Shown here: piece by piece, positions 1 through 10,189 of the stretch | Layout: the number at the start of each line of letters is the position of its first letter | Position numbering within the stretch: position 1 is the first letter of the stretch | Source of the DNA: Candidatus Terraquivivens tikiterensis | Lineage (GTDB): Archaea; Thermoproteota; Nitrososphaeria_A; Caldarchaeales; Wolframiiraptoraceae | Length of the DNA: 64,000 bases | Direction of reading: 5' to 3' | NCBI GenBank assembly: GCA_003056285.1 | Contig: NDWU01000001.1 | Span: forward strand, 37,236 to 101,235 | Position numbers and translations under genes: made by a program | The notes under the pieces: model-generated | What the model saw: only the letters and a program-made list of their open reading frames with translations | Told to the model about the DNA's origin: nothing | Databases searched by the model: none

Positions 1-797
1 TAGAAACCTCTATTTCCAGCCGGTATCGAGCTTGATCGTCCCGGTGAGTGTTGTCGTTGAAGAATTAGCTGCTTCTATCTCGCCGAATTTGGTAAGGGAA
101 AAAGCCCGGAGGCCCAAAGCGTCTGGGAATAGATATACACGAAAGTTTAGTGAGCCTCCCTCCTTTTCCTAGATTAGACCGGTCTTTGCTAAGATGGTTA
201 TCCGCCTCACCGTGCAGGAGGGCATGCATCATGACGAGCCTGAATGCTTCTTGGACTGGGTGCGCACCTACCGGAAGGGGAAAACGTCTTCAGAATAATG
301 GCAAACGCTTAGAAGACATATAGGGTCGGGTATGAACTAGTACTGGCACAAGGAATTCTAAAACGCTAAGTTGCGGTTTCAAATAACTTCCTTTCCACAA
401 TACGGGCAGTATTTTGCGTCTGATGGTATTCTGCGGTCACAAAACCTGCACCTCCTGGTTTTCTTCCTTACAGCCTCTCCAAAGCCCATACCCCAGATTA
501 CGCCATCCCAGAAGCCGTTCATCGTTTACATAAGCTCCGTCGTCAGGATATATCGCTTTCTCTGGAGATGCTGCTACGAGAAAACCTTAGCGACCTAGGG
601 CTCCACGCGTTCGCAATGGCTAGACCATTTCTACGGTCAGGATCCTAACCGTGAAGAATTTTTATAGGTTCAGATCGTAACACAGCACGTTCTTTGAACA
701 CTTCTAAGCCATACCTTAAAGCCCCTCAAAACCTCACAGTGGCTAAAGGCTCTTCTTGATCCCAGCAGGCTTCTGAACGCTATACTTTGCACGCTGA

Positions 798-1169
798 AAA
801 ACTTTATTAAAGCTCGGCAATATCAATTTCTTCATAGTAAAGAAATTTAGGGCAGCCTTTGTAGCGCACGTTCCAGATGCAGACCCAAAAAGGCACAAGA
901 GCACCATCGAAACCCCTACCTACGAGCTTACGAGCGTACTGGTCAAGAGCGACGAGGAGGCAATCGAGGTATGCAGAGAGCTAAGAAAAGATGGCGTTCA
1001 AGCGTTTATTCTATGTCCCGGGTTCACGCATAAAGCCGTTGCTCAAATAGCTGATGCCGTTGGAAAGGACGTTTCGATAAACGTTGCGAGGGGGGACGGG
1101 CAAAGCAACCAGGTTGCCCTCAGAATGATGGAGGAGGCTGGATGGTTTAAAATAGACGTTAAGCCGTGA
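798..1169 (+). pseudogene. Protein-like open frame of about 123 codons with no in-frame ATG/GTG/TTG start; possible truncated or start-less gene remnant
   Basis: Stop-to-stop frame translates to a non-repetitive, globular-looking sequence (..FVAHVPDADPKRHKSTIETPTYELTSVLVKSDEEAIEVCRELRKDGVQAFILCPGFTHKAVAQIADAVGKDVSINVARGDGQSNQVALRMMEEAGWFKIDVKP*). It is absent from the ORF track because no canonical start precedes it. Confidence 0.25.
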
Positions 1170-1507
1170 ACTCAAGCATGGAATATAGTTAGCGGATGTC
1201 GCCCAGATGACATCGCCAAAAATCTTGATGTTAGGGCAGTTAACCTAGAAGGATTAAAGGTGGATCGTTGAAAGTTTGGGCTTCTTCACCAGGTTCACTA
1301 CAACGCTCCATAATTTTCCTTACGTGAACGTACCTCTATACGGAAATATGGGTCTTCATCGGAGAGGTTTCGTTGGGCTTGGCTTCCCTTTTGAGACCGT
1401 TATCTTCCCCTTAACCGTTTAAATCCTTTTGGGAGTAAAATTTTATGATTACGTATACTTCGAAGCTGCCGCTTGTGTCATTGCAGCAGCCGTTTGACGG
1501 CTTGCCT

Positions 1508-2080
1508 TTATTCTACCTTTAGGCTGACACCTTTTGCCTTCGTCTTCTTCTTCTTGAGAACGACCTCTAGGACGCCGTTCTTGTAGGTGGCCCTCGCGCC
1601 CTCAGACTCGACCTCCTCTGGGAGCTCGACCTCCTTGTAGTATTTCCTCTCGGGCGTATCGACCTTTATCGTCAGCACCTTCTCCGTAACGTTCAGCTGT
1701 ATATCGTTCTTGTCCACACCAGGAAGCTCGGCCACGACCCTTATCACATCCTCCTCAGGTATGACGTCGACCAGCGGCTCCCTCTCGCTCCTTAGCTCCA
1801 ACGGCCTTCTTCCGAGCCTTGGTCTTACGTTGCCGAACTCCCTTATTATTGGTTTTCCGTCAGGCCCTATCGTGATCGAGTAGCCATAAACGAAAGGACC
1901 GAATATTCTCTCCACGCCCCTCTCGGTCTTCCTCTCCCTCACGAGCTCCTTCGGAACCATCTCCTCGATTCTTCTGAACTCCTCCTCGAACTCCCTGAAG
2001 AAGTCCTCCCAGTACCTTTCGAAGAAGCTGAACGGGAAGCGTCTAAACCTCCTGAAGAACTCATCCCACTCATCCGACAA
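1508..2080 (-). CDS. Small heat shock protein, Hsp20/alpha-crystallin family
   Basis: C-terminal alpha-crystallin domain signature (..ATYKNGVLEVVLKK..), the size, and a charged Phe/Arg-rich N-terminal arm typical of archaeal sHsps. Confidence 0.8.
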   Translation of the reverse strand: MSDEWDEFFRRFRRFPFSFFERYWEDFFREFEEEFRRIEEMVPKELVRERKTERGVERIFGPFVYGYSITIGPDGKPIIREFGNVRPRLGRRPLELRSEREPLVDVIPEEDVIRVVAELPGVDKNDIQLNVTEKVLTIKVDTPERKYYKEVELPEEVESEGARATYKNGVLEVVLKKKKTKAKGVSLKVE

Positions 2081-2153
2081 GAAGAACCACCTTGGTTACT
2101 TGACTAATTCAAGCCTCTCCTTGCTAATAAATTTAACTGGGGCGGAAAACTGC

Positions 2154-3179
2154 CTATCCTTTGCTACTCGTTGCCTTTGAGAAGAATATCCTGGCTATGT
2201 CCCTCATCCTAACCTCTATGCCGAAGCGCTCCTCCTCGCGCTTCATGTAGCTGAAGACGCCGAGCAGCTTCGGAAAGTCCTTGGCGAAGCTGAACCTGCC
2301 GCGTATCTTGTCTGCGACGACGTCGAAAACTTCCTTGTACGGGGAGAACTTCCTAAGGACCTCTGCCGTGTACGCGTCGGGGTCGTGGAGGTTCTTCGAG
2401 AAAATTTCGGCACACTGAAGGCTCGGTATTATCCCCTCACCCAACACGGAGAAGACAGTCCCTATGCTTTCGCCGACGCCTACGACCTTTCCGAGGTAGT
2501 AAGGCTGGCACATCGGCGGCGGCGTTATCCTTAGGGGCCTGCCGACCCTTTTAACGACCTCTCCCCCATGCTCCCGCATGAAAGCGTCCAAGAAATGCCT
2601 CTGCCTTCCGAAGTAGTCGCCGCAGCCCACGTGGGCATAGGAATCGCCGAGGGGGAAGAACCAGAGGTAGCCTGCCCTCATCGGCTTTATGTAGAAGTCG
2701 TCAATCGGCATCTTCCCGTACTTCACCTTGTACTCAAGCGTGTGGACTATGTACTCCTTGCCGATCTTCGGGAGCAGCGCCCTATGAAAACCGGTACAGT
2801 CGACTACCATGTCGTAGTCTTCCTTAAGCTGCTCGGCGCCCCTGACGTTAACGCCGAACTTGGCCTCATGACCGTCCACCATATCCCTCTCGAGTGACAG
2901 CTTGTCGAACGTGCATAAGCCCTTGAGCTTTATCCAGAAGCGCGAGCTCCCGAGGTCAACGCACATTTCCTTGCCCTTGTAGAGCACGTACTCCTCGAAG
3001 TTCAAGCCGATGGGTGAGAGGAGTTTCTTTATCTCGTTGCTGGAGGTAGCCCATGCGCAGGGCGGGTAGTGGTCCGCATAGTCGCATCTCTCGAAGCCAA
3101 CGACCTCGTATTCATGCGACAGTCTGGATACGAGGTAGGAGCCTGCCACGCCAAGCCCTACGACTGCGACTCTGCGCAT
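2154..3179 (-). CDS. FAD-dependent oxidoreductase, geranylgeranyl reductase family
   Basis: N-terminal Rossmann dinucleotide-binding motif VAVVGLGVAGSYL and an overall 340-aa layout like COG0644 reductases. Confidence 0.55.
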   Translation of the reverse strand: MRRVAVVGLGVAGSYLVSRLSHEYEVVGFERCDYADHYPPCAWATSSNEIKKLLSPIGLNFEEYVLYKGKEMCVDLGSSRFWIKLKGLCTFDKLSLERDMVDGHEAKFGVNVRGAEQLKEDYDMVVDCTGFHRALLPKIGKEYIVHTLEYKVKYGKMPIDDFYIKPMRAGYLWFFPLGDSYAHVGCGDYFGRQRHFLDAFMREHGGEVVKRVGRPLRITPPPMCQPYYLGKVVGVGESIGTVFSVLGEGIIPSLQCAEIFSKNLHDPDAYTAEVLRKFSPYKEVFDVVADKIRGRFSFAKDFPKLLGVFSYMKREEERFGIEVRMRDIARIFFSKATSSKG

Positions 3180-3669
3180 GGCTCAACAAAGTAGGCTTAC
3201 AGCCTTAATTTTAAACCCTTTTGAGTCCGGGTTCCGGTAACCCTTGTTATACCATGGATGGGCAGGACGGATAGCGTATCCGAGGATGTTTGGTCTGAGC
3301 TTGCAAGGCTGAAGCCCAACATGCCCAAGACGTGGTCAAAGCTTAAGGAATGTCCGGACGGGTCGGATGCGGAAAATCCAAGCTAAATTAAAACGGACGC
3401 ACGGTAGCCTTAAAACTTACCGGGAACGCAGGCGCGTGTTGCTGTTCAAACTGAGCACACTCGGATGTGGTGATGGACCAGACCTAACGAGGCCATAGGC
3501 CGATTGGGGGAAAGAGGTAGGTCTAATCTTCATCTCCAGAGGGGTTACCAGAACCGTGTCGTTAAAGATTTAAGCGTTGACGGAAATCCGACTGAAGGGG
3601 TGGTAAAGCATAGCCCTTCTAAGGCGTAAGGTTTCCGACCCGGCCTCGGCGCTACGCAAGGAGCTTAGT

Positions 3670-4509
3670 ATGCCGGGAATAGTCCTGGTCCCTGGTGTCT
3701 TCAACGCCCTGTTGGCCATGATGGCCGAGAGGATGGGTTTCAAAGCCGTCTATCTCTCGGGAGCCGCCCTGACGGCCTCGCTCGGCCTTCTTGACATAGG
3801 TCTAATAACTATGGAGGAGGTTGTGAGGGTCGTGAGATACATAACGGACGCCGTCAGCATCCCCGTGATCGTCGACATAGACACGGGGTACGGCGAGGCT
3901 TTGAACGTTGCAAGGGCCGTGAGGGAGATGGAGAAGGCCGGAGCTGCTGCCGTCCAGCTGGAGGACCAGGTCCTGCCGAAAAAGTGCGGGCACCTAAAGG
4001 GCAAGAGCCTCGTACCGCCGAGCGACATGGCCAAGAAGGTCAGGATGGCCGCAGAGGCTAGAGAAAACTCCGACTTTGTGATAATAGCCAGAACGGATGC
4101 TATGGGTGTGACTGGGTTTGAGGACGCTGTCGAGAGGGCGAGGCTCTACTTAGAGGCGGGCGCTGACGTGATATTCCCTGAAGCCTTGGAGTCGGAGGAG
4201 GAGTTCATAGAGTTCGCAAAGAGGGTTAGGGCGCCCTTGCTCGCCAACATGACGGAGTTCGGTAGGTCTCCGCTGATACCCGCAAAAAGGCTCGGCGAGA
4301 TTGGTTACAAATTCGTTATATACCCGGTCACGCTGCTTAGGATAATGATGGCGTCGGCGAGGGAGGCTTTAAGCCTGATAGCGCAGCAAGGAACGCAGGA
4401 GGCCCTTGTGCCCAAGATGCTTACGCGCAAGGAGCTTTACGAGCTGATAGGCTATTACGAGTACGAGGAGCTAGATAGAAGGGTATCCCAGGAGGTTGAG
4501 GGGAGGTAG
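3670..4509 (+). CDS. prpB: Methylisocitrate lyase / PEP mutase-isocitrate lyase superfamily enzyme
   Basis: ICL/PEPM family signature K-K-C-G-H (..LPKKCGHLKGK..), TIM-barrel-sized protein, located next to prpD. Confidence 0.7.
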   Translation: MPGIVLVPGVFNALLAMMAERMGFKAVYLSGAALTASLGLLDIGLITMEEVVRVVRYITDAVSIPVIVDIDTGYGEALNVARAVREMEKAGAAAVQLEDQVLPKKCGHLKGKSLVPPSDMAKKVRMAAEARENSDFVIIARTDAMGVTGFEDAVERARLYLEAGADVIFPEALESEEEFIEFAKRVRAPLLANMTEFGRSPLIPAKRLGEIGYKFVIYPVTLLRIMMASAREALSLIAQQGTQEALVPKMLTRKELYELIGYYEYEELDRRVSQEVEGR

Positions 4510-4516
4510 GCGTAGC

Positions 4517-5878
4517 ATGGACAGGATAACGAGGATTTTGGGAGAGTACGCGAGCGAGGTCGACTACGGAGACGTCCCGAGCGAGGTAGTCCATGAAGTG
4601 AAGCGGAGGGTCATAGATTCGCTCGCCGTGGCCTTCGCCGCATACGGTGCCGAGCCCGTGGTCATAGCCCGTCGCACCGCATCCAAGCACGCAGCGGCAT
4701 GGGGCGGCCGGATAATCGGAACTAGGTATAGGGTACCGCCAGACTGGGCCTCGTTCGTGGACGGCGTCATGATACGCTACCACGACTACAACGACACCTA
4801 CCTATCGAGGGAGCCGTTGCACCCTGGCGACATGATAGCCGCCGCGTTAAGTCTTGGCGACGCCCTCTGCTCTTCCGGGAAGGATGCGATAGCGGCCATA
4901 GCCGTAGGCTACGAGGCTTCCGTGTCGCTCTGCGACGGCGGAAGCCTGAGGAAGAAGGGATGGGACCACGTGAACTTCCTCGGCGTGGGTAGCACGCTGG
5001 TGTCAGGAAAGCTCCTCGGCTTAGATGCCGATAGGATTCAGCATGCCCTTGCGATATACGCAGTCCCGCACGGTTCGATGAGGCAGACGAGGGTAGGAGA
5101 GCTGAGCATGTGGAAGGGCGCAGCGGCGGCTAACTCCACGAGGAATGCCGTCTTCGCTTCCTTGCTTGCGGCCGAGGGCTTCACGGGGCCGTTCAAGCCT
5201 TTCGAGGGCGAGATGGGTTTCATAAAACAGCTCCTCCAGGGCGATTTTGACATGAGCGTCCTCTCGCCGCTGGCCGAGGGGAGGGCGCCCAGGAGGATTC
5301 TGGACACTTACATAAAGCCGTATCCCGTCGAGTACCATGCACAGACCGCGGTCGAGGCGGCCCTAAAGCTGAGGGAGGAGGTCAAGCCAGAGGAGGTTGA
5401 GAAGGTAACAATCGATACGTTCCAAGCGGCTTACGACATCATAGGGCCGAAGGACCCAGAGAAGTGGGACCCGCACACGAAGGAGACGGCAGACCATTCC
5501 CTCATGTGGATTACGGCGGCAACGCTTGTTTGGGGACCGATAAGGATTGAGCACTACGGCGATGTAAGGAACCCCACAGTCCTATCCCTGATGAAGAGGA
5601 TGGAGGTTAGGGTCGAGCCTGAGCTTGACCGCATGTATCCTGCCGCTTTCCCCAACAGGATAACAGTCGTCACGAAGAACGGTAGGAAGTTTACGGAGCA
5701 AGTAGACTATGCGAAGGGCCACCCCAAGAACCCCATGTCGGACGGTGAGCTGGAGAGGAGGTTCCACGAGCTGACGGCCAGCGTCATGCCGGAAGCTCAG
5801 AGGAAGAGGCTGTTGCAAAAGCTCTGGAGGCTAGAAGATTACTCGGTGGCCGATATAGTCGAGGATGCTGTGATATGA
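4517..5878 (+). CDS. prpD: 2-methylcitrate dehydratase, MmgE/PrpD family
   Basis: Full-length MmgE/PrpD-like sequence. The start was moved to the internal Met (MDRITRIL..), which matches family N-termini and removes the overlap with prpB. Confidence 0.75.
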   Translation: MDRITRILGEYASEVDYGDVPSEVVHEVKRRVIDSLAVAFAAYGAEPVVIARRTASKHAAAWGGRIIGTRYRVPPDWASFVDGVMIRYHDYNDTYLSREPLHPGDMIAAALSLGDALCSSGKDAIAAIAVGYEASVSLCDGGSLRKKGWDHVNFLGVGSTLVSGKLLGLDADRIQHALAIYAVPHGSMRQTRVGELSMWKGAAAANSTRNAVFASLLAAEGFTGPFKPFEGEMGFIKQLLQGDFDMSVLSPLAEGRAPRRILDTYIKPYPVEYHAQTAVEAALKLREEVKPEEVEKVTIDTFQAAYDIIGPKDPEKWDPHTKETADHSLMWITAATLVWGPIRIEHYGDVRNPTVLSLMKRMEVRVEPELDRMYPAAFPNRITVVTKNGRKFTEQVDYAKGHPKNPMSDGELERRFHELTASVMPEAQRKRLLQKLWRLEDYSVADIVEDAVI

Positions 5879-5932
5879 CCAACGGGCTTAACCTAAACGT
5901 AAAAAATAAGGGGGCTTTAAGGAGCGTCTATG

Positions 5933-7132
5933 CTACCTTCTATCGATCGGCACGAACTCCTTGTCTACCTCGCCGTCATAGTAGAGCCTCGGCCTCAGAA
6001 TCCTGTTGTCCGCCGTGTACTCTATGATGTGCGCTGACCAGCCGACGGTCCTGGCTGCCGCGAACACAGCGCAGTATAGATCAATCGGTATGCCCATCGC
6101 GTAGTAGCATATGCCTGCCCAGAAGTCGCAGTTCGTGCATATGTTCTTGGGCTCGCAGAGCTGCGCCATCACGAGCGTCTCCAGCCTGTACGCTATGTCG
6201 TAATAGTTTTTTACCTTGCCGCCGTACTTTTCGGCAAAGATTTTTGCGTATTCCCTGAATATCTTTGCCCTTGGGTCGTAGCTCTTGTAAACCCTATGGC
6301 CAGCGCCCATTACCCTCTTCTTGCCGGTCAGTATGTTCTCCCTATACCAGCTATCGACGTTCTCGGGGCTTCCTATCTCGTCAAACTGCCTCATTGCCTC
6401 CACGTTTGCGTAGCCGTGGAGGGGCCCCCTCAGGGCTCCTATGGCTCCGACGATTGCGCTGTAGTAGTCGCTCAGCGTCGATGCGATGACGACGGCCGTG
6501 AAGGCTGAAGCGTTCATCTCGTGCTCCGCATACAGAATCATGGAGACGTCCATCGCCCTGTTCAGGAGCTCCTCCTGCCTCTTGCCGTGTAGCATGTAGA
6601 GGAAGTTCTCGGCGTGGCTGAGCCTCGGGTCTGGCTCTACCAAGTCCAAGCCGTTCTTGATCCTATGCCAGTAAGCCACTATGCTCGGCATCTTAGATAT
6701 CAGCCTTATCGTCTTCCTGTACATTCCATCCCTGCTCATGTCGTACCTGCCAGGATCCAGGTTTCCGAGATAGGATACCGCCGTCCTGAGAATTTCCATG
6801 GGCTCTATATCCTTTGGAATTTTTCGTAGTAGCTCGACCACCTGTCCAGGTATATCCCTCTCCTCCCTCATCCAGCCGCTGAAATCGCTCAGCTCCCTCT
6901 TCGTGGGCAGCTTATCGTGCAGTATCAGGTAGACCACTTCCTCGTACGTGCTGTTCCTAGCCAGATCCTCGATGCTGTAACCCCTGTAGTACAGCTTGCT
7001 GTGGAACCCGTCTATGAAGCATATCGTGCTCTTGTCCATGCACACGTTTTCGAGGCCCTTGTTGATGAGTACCTGCTTAGTAACCCTGTCTAAGCACCAG
7101 GGCTGCTCCTCGGGCGTTAACTTTCTGGCCAA
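5933..7132 (-). CDS. Citrate synthase / 2-methylcitrate synthase
   Basis: Citrate synthase signature GHRVYKSYDPRA; about 400 aa; convergent with prpB-prpD, which suggests methylcitrate synthase (prpC-like). Confidence 0.85.
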   Translation of the reverse strand: MARKLTPEEQPWCLDRVTKQVLINKGLENVCMDKSTICFIDGFHSKLYYRGYSIEDLARNSTYEEVVYLILHDKLPTKRELSDFSGWMREERDIPGQVVELLRKIPKDIEPMEILRTAVSYLGNLDPGRYDMSRDGMYRKTIRLISKMPSIVAYWHRIKNGLDLVEPDPRLSHAENFLYMLHGKRQEELLNRAMDVSMILYAEHEMNASAFTAVVIASTLSDYYSAIVGAIGALRGPLHGYANVEAMRQFDEIGSPENVDSWYRENILTGKKRVMGAGHRVYKSYDPRAKIFREYAKIFAEKYGGKVKNYYDIAYRLETLVMAQLCEPKNICTNCDFWAGICYYAMGIPIDLYCAVFAAARTVGWSAHIIEYTADNRILRPRLYYDGEVDKEFVPIDRR

Positions 7133-7214
7133 AGCAGAGCCACGGTTAAACTTTTAATCTTTGGGTATAAATATTTTAATAGTACGGATTTCAAGGCTAC
7201 ATTTGGAGCCGTTT

Positions 7215-7289
7215 GGGCCCGTAGCTCAGCATGGTTAGAGCGGCAGGCTCATAACCTGTAGGTCCTGGGTTCGAGTCCCAGCGGGCCCA
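7215..7289 (+). tRNA. tRNA-Met, anticodon CAT; could alternatively be a CAU-type tRNA-Ile2
   Basis: Manual cloverleaf: acceptor GGGCCCG/CGGGCCC, D-arm GCTC..GAGC, anticodon stem GCAGG/CCTGT with loop CTCATAA, T-arm CTGGG-TTCGAGT-CCCAG, discriminator A. CCA is not encoded. Confidence 0.85.
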
Positions 7290-7950
7290 CTATTTTCTTG
7301 ACCGGAAACGTCCCGAAAAAGCATACATGAGACGGCCGTAGAGTTAGGGTGCTTTAAAAGCGCACTCTTATAGCAATGCTAATGTACCATAGATTGAAGC
7401 GTCTGAAGAGTACGCATCGGTGTACGATCACCGGTATCTTGAGCATCCATGCATCCTTGAATCGGATGCTTTTGGATTAAACGGCTTGGGGCTCGATGTC
7501 GTAAGGAGAATAGAAGAACGTCTACCTTTTCAAGGTGGCGTCTTCGACTACGCGTTACTGATGTTCACTTTGTGCTTTTTAAAGAACCCAGTACTGCGAT
7601 AAAGGAGGTACGTCATGTGTCAAAATCGATCGTGATATAATCGTTTTTGGATACCCAAGGATTCTACATGGGAAAAGTCATCGAAGGGAAAGACGTGGTA
7701 TAGGTTCTATAGTTATGCAAAGCTATACACGGTAGCAGAGATGCAGGTTTTGGTGCGGTGGATGCGAAGGCGCCTGAGTTATGGCCCATCAGATAGGAGA
7801 GGGTAGAGGAGCTGAGAGCAACATGTATGGAAAGAGCTTCGTCTGCCTAAAGGCAGTAAAGGTTTAAGAGTGGCTCTCCAATGAATCTCATGGTATTTTA
7901 TACTGGGAGCTCACATCCAACGCATGAGCTGCGTACGTTTTTAAGGCTGC

Positions 7951-8733
7951 GTGCATTCTTCAGCTTTGATGAAAGCCCAAGTTCTGATCGGATGCTGCGG
8001 CTGGGCCATAAAGGGCGGCAAGCATGCATACTACAATAGCCTAAAAACGATAGAGCTCCAGGAGACTTTCTATAGGCTGCCCAAGCTGGAAACGGCGAAG
8101 AGGTGGAGGGAGTCCGCGCCGAGGGGCTTCGTCTTCAACATGAAGGCTTGGCAGGCGATAACGCACCCTCCGAGCAGCCCCACTTGGAGGAGGGCAGGCA
8201 TCAAGGTGCCCGAGGGTATGAGGGAAAATTACGGAAACCTGAGGCCCACGAGGGAGAACCTCGAGGCATGGAGCAGGACGGTCGAGGTAGCGAGGGCGAT
8301 CGAGGCTGCGGTCGTCGTGGTACAGACACCGTCATCTTTCGGCTACACTGAAAAGAACTTCGAGAATGCGGACAAGTTCTTCGACTCAATACGGCACGAG
8401 GGCTTTGAGATAGGCTGGGAGCCGAGGGGGAGCTGGCGCGATAGGCCGGACGCCGTCAAGGAGCTCTGCGAGAGGCATGGCCTGATACACGTTACGGACG
8501 TTTTCCGCTGGAGGCCTGTCCACAAGCACAGGTGGTTGTACACTAGGCTGCACGGTATAGGCAGCGGCGAGGTAAACTACTCGTATAGGTACACGGACGA
8601 GGACCTGGAAAGGCTGAGGCAGACTGTCCTGGAGGAGTCAGAGGGCAGGGAGGCGTGCTACGTGCTCTTCAACAACGTCTCGATGGCCGAGGATGCCCTG
8701 AGGTTCAGGAGGCTCTTAGAAGCATTTATTTAG
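7951..8733 (+). CDS. DUF72 family protein (UPF0759)
   Basis: Characteristic DUF72 features: N-terminal IGCCGW box and the ..YVLFNN.. motif near the C-terminus. The true start may be the internal Met at about 7969. Confidence 0.65.
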   Translation: MHSSALMKAQVLIGCCGWAIKGGKHAYYNSLKTIELQETFYRLPKLETAKRWRESAPRGFVFNMKAWQAITHPPSSPTWRRAGIKVPEGMRENYGNLRPTRENLEAWSRTVEVARAIEAAVVVVQTPSSFGYTEKNFENADKFFDSIRHEGFEIGWEPRGSWRDRPDAVKELCERHGLIHVTDVFRWRPVHKHRWLYTRLHGIGSGEVNYSYRYTDEDLERLRQTVLEESEGREACYVLFNNVSMAEDALRFRRLLEAFI

Positions 8734-8749
8734 CCGTACGCCCGCCCTA

Positions 8750-10189
8750 ATGGGAAGGCAAGGATTAATGGCCGGATACGAGGATTTGGTCAAGAAGATA
8801 CTTAGGATAAGACCGGAACTCTCCGAGGAGGATTTGGAGAGGAAAGTCGAGGAGAAGCTGAGGAGCTCGCCCATGCTGAGCAGGCTAGGTGCGTTGCTGC
8901 TCTTGGCCGACGAGCTTGGGGCCCTCGAAGTGTCCGACGGGTCGGCTTTACCTTTCGATTTAAGCGGTTTCACGAAAGTATCCTCGCTCGTCTCGGGCTT
9001 GAACGACGTCTCGCTCTCCGTCAGGGTCATAGCGGTCTCGCCCCTCGTAAGGCTGGATGGTAGGGCAGTCCTGAGGATGAAGGTCGGGGACGAGACGGGA
9101 AAGGCCTCGGCCGTAGCTTGGGAGCAGAAGGCTGAGGAGCTGGCTACGGTAGGCCTCTCCCCGGGGATGGTCATAACGTTGTTGCACGCCTACACGAGGA
9201 GCGGTCCTGACGGGAGACCAGAGATACACCTTGGTAAGAACAGCTCCGTGGAAGTCGTCGAGGACACGGGAACGCTGCCGGGGGTCGAGAGCTTCTTCGT
9301 ACCGATAAGCAAGGTTTCGACGGCAGGAACTTTTGACGTGAAGGGTACCCTACTCATGCTTAGCGAGCCGATGCCCATTCAGACAAAGTCTGGTACGGTG
9401 AACGTCGTCGAGGCGCTTTTGGCAGATGAGGACGGCGAGGCAGTCTTGGTTGCTTGGAGGGATAAGGTGGATCTTCTAACGGGCACACTGCCCGGAACCG
9501 AGCTGATGCTTACGGACGTTAGGTTCAGGGGAGGACGTTTCCAGACGACTGTAAGGACGTGCGTCGCCAAGGTAGCAAGGGAAAGGCATGAGCTATCGAG
9601 GCTTATGGCAGGGTCAAAGAGGTTGGTGAGCGACAAGCTCCTCAGGGTGCTCGACGTGGTTAAGCAGCCGGAGCTCGTGACGCTCGTCGTCTCCGACGGT
9701 GTATGGGTTTACAGGCTTCCGAGCCGCTCGATGGTCGGCGTTGAGGTCAAGGAGGGCGATGCGGTACGGCTCGTCAAAGGCTTCGTCTCGGAAAGGGATG
9801 GTAGAAAGGCCATCATGACGCCGGAGTTTGGGATAAAGGTTGTAACCGGTGAGGATGCAAGAAAAGCGCCCTCTGTTGATAGAAGGAGGAGGCTTGCAGA
9901 TATAAGCGAGGAGGAATCCGACATAATAGTCGAGGGCGTGCTCCAAACGAAGACACCGCTGGGAGCCGTGGAGACGAGGTTCGGCAAGGCTGAGAAGATA
10001 AGCTTCTGGCTGAGGGACGGTGAGGCGACGGTGCTGTGCTCAGCGTGGAGGTCTAAAGCAAGGGAGATAGACTCCATGCCCGTAGGCAAGAGGGTTCAGC
10101 TGCGCTGGGTCAGGGTTAGGAGGAACGTCTTCGGCGAGCTTGAGGTGCTGGTCGAGAAGGATACGAAGGTGGTCGTCCTAGAAAAATGA
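8750..10189 (+). CDS. Replication protein A-like ssDNA-binding protein with multiple OB folds
   Basis: N-terminal helical domain (..YEDLVKKILRIRPELSEEDLERKVEEKL..SRLGALLLLADELG) resembles archaeal RPA large-subunit N-termini. It is followed by about three OB-fold-like repeats (..VLVAWRDK.., ..ATVLCSAWRSK..). Confidence 0.5.
   Translation: MGRQGLMAGYEDLVKKILRIRPELSEEDLERKVEEKLRSSPMLSRLGALLLLADELGALEVSDGSALPFDLSGFTKVSSLVSGLNDVSLSVRVIAVSPLVRLDGRAVLRMKVGDETGKASAVAWEQKAEELATVGLSPGMVITLLHAYTRSGPDGRPEIHLGKNSSVEVVEDTGTLPGVESFFVPISKVSTAGTFDVKGTLLMLSEPMPIQTKSGTVNVVEALLADEDGEAVLVAWRDKVDLLTGTLPGTELMLTDVRFRGGRFQTTVRTCVAKVARERHELSRLMAGSKRLVSDKLLRVLDVVKQPELVTLVVSDGVWVYRLPSRSMVGVEVKEGDAVRLVKGFVSERDGRKAIMTPEFGIKVVTGEDARKAPSVDRRRRLADISEEESDIIVEGVLQTKTPLGAVETRFGKAEKISFWLRDGEATVLCSAWRSKAREIDSMPVGKRVQLRWVRVRRNVFGELEVLVEKDTKVVVLEK

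Noticed and set aside
371-598. 75-aa ORF in the upstream ORF-poor region
   Set aside because: No recognisable domain, odd composition (Phe/Tyr/Ile-rich) and no start or stop coupling to neighbours; probably a chance frame.
8716-10089. Antisense ORFs (8716-9174, 8960-9229, 9190-9378, 9379-9636, 9614-9946, 9709-10089) opposite the RPA-like gene
   Set aside because: They are Ser/Pro/Thr-rich low-complexity translations on the strand opposite a gene with clear OB-fold repeats; spurious.
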